Positions 36,922 through 44,490 of a DNA stretch of 64,000 nucleotides are shown piece after piece. The notes under the pieces were generated by a model that searched no databases, was not told the origin of the DNA, and saw nothing but the letters and a program-made list of their open reading frames with translations. The stretch comes from Actinocrinis sp. (GTDB lineage: Bacteria; Actinomycetota; Actinomycetes; Streptomycetales; Catenulisporaceae), in NCBI RefSeq assembly GCF_035938995.1, contig NZ_DASZGI010000329.1, positions 54,535-118,534 on the forward strand, read 5' to 3'. The position numbers were made by a program, and so were the translations under genes. Each line of letters starts with the position of its first letter. Within the stretch, counting starts at the first letter, position 1.

Positions 36922-37527
36922 ATGAAGCTGGGCCGTATCGCGGCGCCGATGGCCGCACTGGTCACCGCCGCCGCCGGGTCTCTCGCCGTCATCCCCGCCG
37001 CTTCCGCCGACAGCGTCTCGGCAGCGCAGCCCACCGCGCAGCACGCGGTCGCGCATGTCGGAAACCTGACCGCGCCCGCGGTCACTCCGGCCGTCAAGGC
37101 CAAGCTCGCCGCCGGCAGGAGCATCTGTTACGCCGCGCACGTGCAGAACATCGGCTGGCAGAGCTGGGTGTGTGACGGCCAGATCGCCGGCACCACCGGT
37201 CAGAGCCTGCGCATGGAGGCGCTCGCCATCATCACCTCCGGCACCGGCGGCATCTGCGCACAAGCGCACGTGCAGAACATCGGCTGGATGGGCGTGGACT
37301 GCGAGCCCGACGGTTCCGAAGCCCTCGTCGGCACCACCGGTGAGAGCCTGCGCATGGAGGCGCTGTTCCTGGCGCCCAACACGTCCCCGGGTTCGATCTG
37401 CGCGGACGCGCACGTGCAGAACATCGGCTGGCAGGGAGTGGTCTGCAACGACGGCGCCTGGGGCGGGCTCGAAGTCGGCACCACCGGTCAGAGCCTGCGT
37501 ATGGAAGCCATCACCATCACCGTCTGA
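36922..37527 (+). CDS. secreted ChW-repeat protein (three clostridial-hydrophobic-W repeats)
   Basis: Signal peptide MKLGRIAAPMAALVTAAAGSLAVIPAASA. Three copies of AHVQNIGWx...GTTGxSLRMEA. Confidence 0.75.
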   Translation: MKLGRIAAPMAALVTAAAGSLAVIPAASADSVSAAQPTAQHAVAHVGNLTAPAVTPAVKAKLAAGRSICYAAHVQNIGWQSWVCDGQIAGTTGQSLRMEALAIITSGTGGICAQAHVQNIGWMGVDCEPDGSEALVGTTGESLRMEALFLAPNTSPGSICADAHVQNIGWQGVVCNDGAWGGLEVGTTGQSLRMEAITITV

Positions 37528-37583
37528 TCCGCTGAGCGTCGCGTCTGGCGTCACCGCGCCGGGTCGCAATGTGCGGATCTCAT

Positions 37584-37631
37584 AAAGTGGCTTGCGCGTT
37601 CTCGATCTTCTGAGAACGCGCAAGCCACTTT
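37584..37631 (+). terminator. strong hairpin terminator after the ChW gene
   Basis: 20-bp perfect stem AAAGTGGCTTGCGCGTTCTC / GAGAACGCGCAAGCCACTTT with an 8-nt loop, starting 57 nt after the stop. Confidence 0.7.
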
Positions 37632-37803
37632 GCTGCGGCACACGCTGGATCTCGCGGGTGCGAGACCTGAGACACCGGCCCGAACGGCACCGACGGCCGA
37701 CGCCAACCGCTCACTGCGATCGGCGCCGGCCCGTCGTGCTGTCCGCATGATGAATCCTGCCGTCTTCACAAACGCGGCTAGAGGAACCACCGCCCTCGGT
37801 GCT

Positions 37804-37820
37804 GCGTGCACGTTGCACGC
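37804..37820. promoter_or_regulatory. palindrome GCGTGCA-cgt-TGCACGC upstream of the XRE-STAND gene
   Basis: 7-3-7 perfect inverted repeat about 100 nt upstream of ATG 37918. Confidence 0.3.
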
Positions 37821-37917
37821 TCGTTGCCGCCTATGTCTGCGATCTCAACTACTATCGCTGCTCGGGCAAACTCGACGGCGGACCCGCCTCGCCGTTGCAC
37901 ACTCGCGGGGGTCAGCG

Positions 37918-40719
37918 ATGATCGACGACAACGGGGGATTCGGGGTCCGGTTGCGCGCGTTGCGCTTGGCGGCCGGGATCTCGCAGCAGGAACTCGCGGA
38001 GCGCTCGGGGCTGAGCATCCGCGCCATCAGCAATCTGGAACGGGGACGCACACGCTGGCCGTACCGCCATTCGCTCAAGCGACTGGCGGATTCGCTCGGC
38101 CTCGCCGGTGCGGAACGGGAGGCGTTCATCGCCGCCGGCCGCCGGCCTGTCGCCGTGGCTGACACACCGGGCGACGACCCTCCCCCTGACGCTGGTGCTG
38201 ACGCGATCGAGCAGCCACAACAGAGTTCGAACCCGCCGCTGCGGATGCGGCCCGTCGTGCCTTGCCACCTGCCCGCACCCGTGCCCGGCTTTGTCGGCCG
38301 CGAGGACACGATGGCGGAGCTCACACACCTCCTGCCGCCGCGGGGCTCGGTGCCAGTCGCGGCGATCAGCGGCACCGCGGGCGTGGGTAAGACGGCGCTG
38401 GCCGTGCGCTGGGCGTGGCAGTCAGCCGAGTCGTTTCCGGACGGTCAGCTGTATGTGAACCTGCGCGGATACGACTCCGGCCCGCCGCGGTCCGCGAGCG
38501 ATGCGCTGGCTTGGCTGCTTCGCGCGCTCGGCATGGACGCGAACCGCATCCCGGCCGACGAGGACGAGCGCGCCGCCGTGTATCGCAGCACCCTGGCTTC
38601 CCGCCGGGTTCTCCTGCTGCTCGACAACGCGCGCGACGCCGCACAGGTTCGCCCCCTGCTTCCCGGAACGCCGGGCAGCGCAGTCCTGGTCACCAGCCGG
38701 GACGCCCTCGCCGGGCTCATCGCCCGGGACGGCGCGGAGCGGATCGAGCTCGAGCTGCTGCCGGAAGACGACGCCCAGAACCTCCTGCACAACCTGATCG
38801 GCACACGCGCGCAGGCGGAACCGGTCGCGATCAGCGCTCTCATCTCGCAGTGCTGCCAGCTTCCGCTCGCGTTGCGCGTCGCGGCCGAACTCGCCGCCTC
38901 GCGTCCGGGCGCCGTGCTCGGCGAGCTGGTCGCCGAACTGGCCGATCTGCGCGGCCGCCTCGACGTCCTGTCGGCGGGCGGCGACTCGGGCACTGCGGTG
39001 CGTGCGGTGTTGTCCTGGTCGTATCAGCAGCTGACGCCCGCGGACCGGCGTGCCCTGCGTCTGTTGTCGCTGCACCCGGGAGCCGACTTCGAGCTCTACG
39101 CCGCGGCCGCGCTCACCGGCGCGGATCTGCAGACGGCACACCGGACGCTCGAACGTCTGGCTCGGGCCTACCTCGTCCACCCCCATGGTCCGAAGCGCTT
39201 CGAGTTGCACGACCTGCTGCGTGGATTCGCGCGCGAGCTGACCGAGACGGAGGACGAACCGGGCGTCAGGCGGGGAGCTCTGGCCGCCCTGTTCGAGTAC
39301 TACCTGCACACCTCCTCGGCGGCCATGAACGTGCTGTTCCCCGCCGAGGCGGGGCGCCGCCCCCGGCTTGGCGCCCCGCCGGCACGCGTCACACCGATCG
39401 AGGGCATTGATGCGGCCCGCGGATGGCTCGACGCGGAGCGGGCGAATCTGACCGCGCTCGTCGCGTTCGGCGCCCAAGGAGAGTCCGGGACGAGCGGGTC
39501 CGCGCAGTACCCTCCGAACGCGGACCGCTATCTCGCCGCGCGCGCCATCGAACTGGCATCTACGGTCGATCGCTACCTCATCTTCGGGCAGCACAGGGCC
39601 GAGGCGAACTCCGTGCATATGAGCGCTCTGAAGGCAGCCCGACGCGAGGGCGACCGACGGGCCGAGGCTATGGCGCTCACGCACCTCGGCTACATCGAGA
39701 GGACCCTCGGCAGATACGGCTCATCGGTCGCGTATCAGCAGCAGGCTCTGGCGATCTTCACAGAGCTCGACGACAAGGTGGGCAAGGCGCGCGTGCTGCA
39801 CCGGCTGTCGCTGGTCGAGCGGCTCACGGGCAAACTCGACGCGGCGCAAGCACACGCACTGGAGGTGATCGACCTCTGCCGACAGGTCGGCGAGCGGCTC
39901 GGCGAGGCACGCGCGTCGCATGCGCTCGGTGCGGTGAACATAGAGCGCGGCCGCTATTCGCAAGCCGCCGGATACCTGCACCGCACGCTCGAACTCCTGG
40001 ACGCGGCGAAGGACCGCTCAAGCCGCTCGGTGACCGTGAAAGAGCTCGGAGTCATCGAACTGCGCTACGGTCGCCTCGATGCCGCCGCCGAGCTGTTCGC
40101 GCAGGCACAGGCGCTGTGTCGGGAGGCGGCGAACGTCAGCGGCGAGGCGGAGGTCATCTCCCAGCAGGGACTGACGGAGACGCTGGCGGGCAGGCCAGAG
40201 GAAGGCGCTGTCCTGTACAAGCGCGCGGTCTCCATGAATCGCGAAGTCGAGGACTTGGACGGGGAAGGATGGGCGCTGGCCCGCGCAGTACAGACAGAGC
40301 TCAGCGTCGGCCGGGCGCAGAGCGCGGCGGACCTGGCCGAGCAGGCGCTTCAGATCACGAACATCCTCGGTGCGGACTCGCTACGGGCATACGCCCTCAA
40401 CATGCTGGGCGTGGCTCTCACCGTCGGCGGTCATCCCGACCGCGCCCCCGCGCGTCACCTCGCCGCACTCGATCTCGCCGAGTCGATGGGCGCCGAGCAC
40501 GAGCGGGCGAACGCGCACCACGGCCTCGCGCAAGCACACGCAGCGCTCGGTCACGACCAAACGGCCCTCGACCACGCCCGCGCCGCGTACGCCTGGTACG
40601 CGCAGGCCGGAGTGCCGGAAGCCGCGCAGATCTGGGCCCGATTCCCCGCACTCGCACGGCCTGATCCGGCAGGGCGGCGACCCGGCGGCGAAGGCACGTG
40701 CCGCATGGCATTGGCCTGA
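37918..40719 (+). CDS. STAND-type regulator: XRE-family HTH + NB-ARC ATPase + TPR repeats
   Basis: ATG 37918. HTH LRALRLAAGISQQELAERSGLSIRAISNLERG, Walker A GTAGVGKTALA, Walker B VLLLLDNA, and a C-terminal 450 or so aa of TPR-like repeats. Confidence 0.8.
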   Translation: MIDDNGGFGVRLRALRLAAGISQQELAERSGLSIRAISNLERGRTRWPYRHSLKRLADSLGLAGAEREAFIAAGRRPVAVADTPGDDPPPDAGADAIEQPQQSSNPPLRMRPVVPCHLPAPVPGFVGREDTMAELTHLLPPRGSVPVAAISGTAGVGKTALAVRWAWQSAESFPDGQLYVNLRGYDSGPPRSASDALAWLLRALGMDANRIPADEDERAAVYRSTLASRRVLLLLDNARDAAQVRPLLPGTPGSAVLVTSRDALAGLIARDGAERIELELLPEDDAQNLLHNLIGTRAQAEPVAISALISQCCQLPLALRVAAELAASRPGAVLGELVAELADLRGRLDVLSAGGDSGTAVRAVLSWSYQQLTPADRRALRLLSLHPGADFELYAAAALTGADLQTAHRTLERLARAYLVHPHGPKRFELHDLLRGFARELTETEDEPGVRRGALAALFEYYLHTSSAAMNVLFPAEAGRRPRLGAPPARVTPIEGIDAARGWLDAERANLTALVAFGAQGESGTSGSAQYPPNADRYLAARAIELASTVDRYLIFGQHRAEANSVHMSALKAARREGDRRAEAMALTHLGYIERTLGRYGSSVAYQQQALAIFTELDDKVGKARVLHRLSLVERLTGKLDAAQAHALEVIDLCRQVGERLGEARASHALGAVNIERGRYSQAAGYLHRTLELLDAAKDRSSRSVTVKELGVIELRYGRLDAAAELFAQAQALCREAANVSGEAEVISQQGLTETLAGRPEEGAVLYKRAVSMNREVEDLDGEGWALARAVQTELSVGRAQSAADLAEQALQITNILGADSLRAYALNMLGVALTVGGHPDRAPARHLAALDLAESMGAEHERANAHHGLAQAHAALGHDQTALDHARAAYAWYAQAGVPEAAQIWARFPALARPDPAGRRPGGEGTCRMALA

Positions 40720-40759
40720 GTTGCGGCCGCAGCTACGGCCTCGGCTGCGAAAACGCTGA

Positions 40760-40793
40760 GGGGCGAGTCCTCCCCTCCGGGTGGACTCGCCCC
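40760..40793. terminator. hairpin between convergent STAND and secreted-protein genes
   Basis: GGGGCGAGTCC - 12-nt loop - GGACTCGCCCC, an 11-bp stem. Confidence 0.5.
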
Positions 40794-40842
40794 ACTCCTC
40801 TTTCCGCATGGCCGGGTCGGCGAGGCACAGGAACGTGCATGC

Positions 40843-41850
40843 CTACCAGTCAGAGGCGGGAGCGGCGACTGTCTGAGCCGTCCCCATGAAGAACCTCGAG
40901 CAGTTGCCGTAGTGGCTGGCGTCCCACGGCGAGGCGCAGATCGCCTGCGCGGTGGTGGACGGGGAGTCCGACGCCCTCAGGTCACTGACGACCCCCGGGT
41001 AGAGGCCGTTGTTGAGCGTGTCGACGACGTACTGCGCCGCCGCGAACAGGTTCGGGCAGGTCCCCAGCACCCCACCGCACCCGTATCCGTTGTTCAGCGG
41101 GTTGTTGTCGTGGAACCAGTCGGTGGGCGGTTCCTCGGAGGTGGTCCACTCGGTGAGGACCTTGACGTTGTTGGCGCTGACCGGCCAGCCGCCGTCGTGC
41201 AGGACCCACGTCGCCCAGTCGTAGTTCGTGGCCTCGTACAGGCCGAAGTCCCACGTCGGGCAGCCGGAGGCGGTGTCGAGGTTCAGCGTGATGGTCCCGC
41301 CGTTCGACGCGGCACCCGACATACACGAGGCGTCGGCGCCGTGCTGGTCCTGGTTGCTCCAGTACAGGTTGATCAGGTAACCGCCGTGGTCGACGAAGAT
41401 CGTGCCGTTGGATCCCCCGTTACCGCTCGACGTGTTGTTGCACGTGCCGAGCACCGGGTTAGCGCTTGAATCCGTGGCGACACACTTGCCGTTGGGCAGA
41501 TAGACGAGCTGGACGATCGGGAAGCCCGCATAGCGCGCGTCGAACGTCGTGTTCGCGAAGGGACACGTGCTGGTCACCTTCCCGCCGCAGCGCCCGTCGA
41601 CGGGCTGTGCCACGAAGGTCTCGTTGCCGACGCCGCCCTGGTACATCTTCACGGCCTGATTGCTGCCGTTCCAGTCGTTGAGGCAGTAGCCGCCGTTCGA
41701 CGTCTGACAGAACTGCGCCACCAGAGGTCCTCCGGCGGCGAGGGCCGGCGCGGCGCCGAGGCCCAGGACCACCGCGAGCGCACCGATGATCGCCGCAATG
41801 CCCGCGAAGGCGGGTCTGGCCCGGCGCAGCCGATACCGGATGGCTTTCAT
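40843..41850 (-). CDS. secreted protein: Cys-rich N-terminal module (paralogous to 42359..43402) + unassigned C-terminal domain
   Basis: 335 aa. ATG 41850 is preceded by GGGAGAG. Signal peptide ...GLGAAPALAAGG. The N-module FCQTSNGGYCLNDWNGSNQAVKMYQGGVGNE... is shared with the neighbouring gene. Confidence 0.65.
   Translation of the reverse strand: MKAIRYRLRRARPAFAGIAAIIGALAVVLGLGAAPALAAGGPLVAQFCQTSNGGYCLNDWNGSNQAVKMYQGGVGNETFVAQPVDGRCGGKVTSTCPFANTTFDARYAGFPIVQLVYLPNGKCVATDSSANPVLGTCNNTSSGNGGSNGTIFVDHGGYLINLYWSNQDQHGADASCMSGAASNGGTITLNLDTASGCPTWDFGLYEATNYDWATWVLHDGGWPVSANNVKVLTEWTTSEEPPTDWFHDNNPLNNGYGCGGVLGTCPNLFAAAQYVVDTLNNGLYPGVVSDLRASDSPSTTAQAICASPWDASHYGNCSRFFMGTAQTVAAPASDW
41236..41724 (-). 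repeat. inverted gene-segment duplication, copy A (Cys-rich module)
   Basis: Encodes the roughly 160-aa module that is also encoded at 42488..42958 on the opposite strand. Long runs are near-identical at the DNA level (for example CTCAACGACTGGAACGGCAGCAA(T/C)CAGGCCGTGAAGATGTACCAGGG). Confidence 0.75.
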
Positions 41851-42135
41851 ATCTCTCCCTCATTCCGCACAGTGCATTCGTGGTCTGACGCGCTGTGACC
41901 GGAGGGATGTTCTCATCGTGCGCCCGCGCGAGGACAGGAAGAGTCACCGGCACTCTTCCCGGCACACCTTCCTTCCCTGCTCAGGCAGGTGAAACCAGCT
42001 ACACCAGCGTATATCGGCATGGAGAGAATGCCGGTCGGAGTTCCTGTCCCGGCGCGACACAGGCTCCGTACTCTCTGCCCTGCGCGACCCGCGAAGACGT
42101 CGCGGGCGCTCGATCTCGAGCGGAGGTGTGCGCAT

Positions 42136-42294
42136 GTGGTTTACAAACACAGGCTCGTCGCGCTGACGGCGGTGGTCGGCCTGGCCTGCGCTGTCGGTGT
42201 GTCGGCCGGGAGCACGCCGCACTCGCTGGCCAGCAGCAGATCTGCAGCACGGCATGGGGCATGGACCGGAGATGTCCCGCCGGCTGGCTCGTGA
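42136..42294 (+). CDS. candidate small secreted peptide (52 aa)
   Basis: GTG 42136 has GGAGG 9 nt upstream. VVYKHRLVALTAVVGLACAVGVSAGSTPHSLA looks like a Sec signal and would leave a mature part of about 20 aa. No homolog was recognised. Confidence 0.25.
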   Translation: MVYKHRLVALTAVVGLACAVGVSAGSTPHSLASSRSAARHGAWTGDVPPAGS

Positions 42295-42358
42295 CCAGTA
42301 GTGAATCGCCGAATGTCAGCAACCGAGCTCAGTCATGTCTAGAGGAGGAGAACGAGAA

Positions 42359-43402
42359 GTGTCAGCAGTCCTGCAGCGCTTGCGCCGGGTCCGTCCCGTC
42401 ACGGCGATTCTGCTTGTGGCGGGCGGGCTCAGCATAGGAGTCGCTGCTGCCCCGGCGAACGCCGCAAGCTCCCTCGGTACGGCGAACTTCTGCCAGACCT
42501 CCAGCGGCAACTTCTGCCTCAACGACTGGAACGGCAGCAACCAGGCCGTGAAGATGTACCAGGGTGGCGTCGGCAACGAGGACTTCGTGGCGGAGAACGT
42601 ACCCGGGCGCTGCGGCGGCGGGAAGGTCACCAGCAACTGCCCCTTCGCCAACACGACCTTCGATTCGCGCTATGAGGGCTACCCGATCGTCCAGCTCGTC
42701 TACGAACCCGACGGCCGGTGCCTCGGCACGCAATCGGCCACGAACTCGAGCGCGTACCTCGGCGGGTGCAACAGCACCTCGAGCGGGGATGGCGGAGCCG
42801 ACGGCACGATCTTCGTCGACCACGACGGATACCTGATCAACCTGTTCTGGACCAACAAGGGCCAGTTCGGCGACAACGCCGCGTGTATGTCAGGCGGCGC
42901 GTCGAACGGCGGGGCCATCACCCTCGACCTCGAGACGGCATCAGGCTGCCCCCGATGGGCCATCGGCGCGTCGTCGGTCGTCTCCTACGCTCAGGCCATT
43001 GAGAACGGCGATCCCGAGGTCGGCTGGCGGGGCGGCGACGTGCCGTACATCTGGGGCGGCGGCCACGAGTCGACCCCCGGCCCGTCGGTCACCGACTCCA
43101 ACGGCGCGCCTGGCGTGGGGCTCGACTGCTCCGGCTTCTCCCGCTGGGTCTACGCCCTGGCCTACGGCAGCGACGTCCTCGGCTCCGGCAGCACCGTCAA
43201 TCAGGACGAGGAGATGACGCGGGTCAGTTCACCGGTCCCCGGCAACCTCGTCTTCTTCGGTGGCAGCCTGAGCACCTCCGTCCACGTCGGCGTTTACATC
43301 GGCAACAACCAGATGATCGACGAGCCTGCCCCCGGCGACGTCGTCCGGACCGACACCATCTCAAGCGCCTTCGGCAACATCCTCGGGTACTTCAAGCTCT
43401 AG
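42359..43402 (+). CDS. secreted protein: Cys-rich N-terminal module + C-terminal NlpC/P60 cysteine peptidase
   Basis: GTG 42359 is preceded by AGAGGAGGAG. Signal peptide ends AAPANA. The C-terminus has NlpC/P60 hallmarks (GLDCSGFSRWVY, HVGVYIG). Confidence 0.8.
   Translation: MSAVLQRLRRVRPVTAILLVAGGLSIGVAAAPANAASSLGTANFCQTSSGNFCLNDWNGSNQAVKMYQGGVGNEDFVAENVPGRCGGGKVTSNCPFANTTFDSRYEGYPIVQLVYEPDGRCLGTQSATNSSAYLGGCNSTSSGDGGADGTIFVDHDGYLINLFWTNKGQFGDNAACMSGGASNGGAITLDLETASGCPRWAIGASSVVSYAQAIENGDPEVGWRGGDVPYIWGGGHESTPGPSVTDSNGAPGVGLDCSGFSRWVYALAYGSDVLGSGSTVNQDEEMTRVSSPVPGNLVFFGGSLSTSVHVGVYIGNNQMIDEPAPGDVVRTDTISSAFGNILGYFKL
42488..42958 (+). repeat. inverted gene-segment duplication, copy B (Cys-rich module)
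   Basis: Partner of 41236..41724. All eight cysteines are conserved between the copies. Confidence 0.75.
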
Positions 43403-43439
43403 TAGGTCCCGACTCCTGTAAAGGGTCTGGGCGGCTTGC

Positions 43440-43476
43440 GCGGGGCGGCGGATGGGCGAACCATCCGCCGCCCCGC
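43440..43476. terminator. strong bidirectional hairpin between the NlpC/P60 gene and vapC
   Basis: 16-bp perfect GC-rich stem GCGGGGCGGCGGATGG / CCATCCGCCGCCCCGC with a 5-nt loop. Confidence 0.7.
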
Positions 43477-43521
43477 ACGCTTGCGCTGCGATGTTCGCGC
43501 AAATCGGGCCGCACTACGCTC

Positions 43522-43965
43522 TCAAGCCTCATCGCTCACAGTGCTGACATACGGCCCATCGCCGACGCGGCGTTCGTCGAGTTCCGCGATCACCCGGCCG
43601 ACAGCCTCGAAGTCGCGGTCGTCGTGGAGAACGATCAGTCCTCGGTCTACAGCCGTGGCCGCTACGAGCAGGTCCACCACGCCCGCTCCGCGATGCTGGC
43701 TGAGCGCCGTCAGCCGTTCCTGGGCCGCGTCGATCCACGGCCACGGGTCCTTGCTGACCGGAGCGGGGGTGAACGCGGCGTCCAGCAGTTCTCGCATCTG
43801 GCGGCGTTCGGCTGGGCTGCGTGCGCTGCGCAGTACCTCAACGCGAGTGGCCTCGCACAGGCACACCGTGCCTTCGGTGATCTCTTGTCCCCATGCGGCC
43901 CAGGACTCGGGTTCTCGGCGAAAGCGCCAGTAGGCGCTCGCGTCGAGCAGGTAAGTCCCGATCAT
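43522..43965 (-). CDS. vapC: type II toxin, PIN-domain ribonuclease
   Basis: 147 aa. Begins MIGTYLLDASAY (first acidic residue) and has later D/E residues (DLLVAATAV, LHDDRDF). Overlaps the antitoxin stop by 4 nt. Confidence 0.85.
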   Translation of the reverse strand: MIGTYLLDASAYWRFRREPESWAAWGQEITEGTVCLCEATRVEVLRSARSPAERRQMRELLDAAFTPAPVSKDPWPWIDAAQERLTALSQHRGAGVVDLLVAATAVDRGLIVLHDDRDFEAVGRVIAELDERRVGDGPYVSTVSDEA

Positions 43966-44198
43966 GCGTCGGTGTCGTGCCCACTCCGCGGGGCGGGGTC
44001 CTTGCGTTCGAGCCAGGTCCGGTAGCCGGACTCCGCGTCGCCGAGCTGCATGAGCCGTTCAAAGGCGCGCAGGCGGGTGCGCCGCTCGGCGACCTCGCGC
44101 AGCGCCTGGTTGACGGTGTCCTTCTTGGTGGTGGTGCCCAGTTCGGCCATCGCCCCGGCGAGGGCCTCGTCGTCGAGGTCGATCGGTGTCACCGTCAT
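43962..44198 (-). CDS. vapB: type II antitoxin (VapB-type)
   Basis: 78 aa. MTVTPIDLDDEALAGAMAELGTTTKKDTVNQALREV is typical of the small VapB family encoded upstream of PIN toxins. Confidence 0.8.
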   Translation of the reverse strand: MTVTPIDLDDEALAGAMAELGTTTKKDTVNQALREVAERRTRLRAFERLMQLGDAESGYRTWLERKDPAPRSGHDTDA

Positions 44199-44267
44199 CG
44201 GTCCACCCCTTCCCGAACGCCATATACATAACCTCGACGACCATTGTACATTGCCGCCGCTCGCCGG

Positions 44268-44452
44268 CTAGCTGCGGAGGTCCCGTTGCTGCAGCTCAGG
44301 CAGAACGGCGGCGACGATGGCGTAGTCGTTGTCCACGTGCAGGACGATCAGGTCGTGGTGGACGGCGGTCGCGCATACAAGCAGGTCAGGGGAGCCTGCG
44401 GAGCGGTGCTGGTGTCTTCAAGTACGCCGCGCGCCGCACGAACGTCGTCTAG
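44268..44452 (-). pseudogene. relic of a second PIN-domain toxin gene (C-terminal roughly 50-60 codons, frameshifted, no start)
   Basis: Minus-strand translation HQHRSAGSPDLLVCATAVHHDLIVLHVDNDYAIVAAVLPELQQRDLRS* aligns with SQHRGAGVVDLLVAATAVDRGLIVLHDDRDFEAVGRVIAELDERRV of the adjacent vapC. An in-frame TGA sits at 44418-44420, and weak similarity continues in another frame. Confidence 0.6.
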
Positions 44453-44490
44453 CCAGCCTCGGAGACGGCCCCGCTGCTAGCTTCAGGAGC

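Noticed and set aside
36433-37641. 402-aa minus-strand ORF antisense to the ChW gene.
   Set aside because: It is a mirror-frame artefact of the repeat-containing ChW gene. The ChW gene on the plus strand has a signal peptide, RBS, repeats and terminator.
37918-40719. Interpreting the XRE-NB-ARC-TPR protein (and the LAL protein at 45047..47368) as Avs-type antiphage STAND sensors.
   Set aside because: Both carry DNA-binding heads rather than nuclease, protease or other effector domains, which fits transcriptional regulators. No defence-island neighbours are seen other than the TA modules.
41236-41724. Assigning the shared 8-Cys module to the ricin-B/beta-trefoil lectin family on the basis of NDW / LYW / PTW motifs.
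   Set aside because: The Trp motifs are not spaced at the regular intervals of about 40 residues expected for a three-fold trefoil. The fold is left unassigned.
41895-42437. 180-aa Cys-containing plus-strand ORF across the divergent spacer between the paralogous secreted-protein genes.
   Set aside because: It has no start context and a mixed codon pattern, and it overlaps the well-supported start of the NlpC/P60 gene in another frame. The shorter 42136..42294 frame has better signals.
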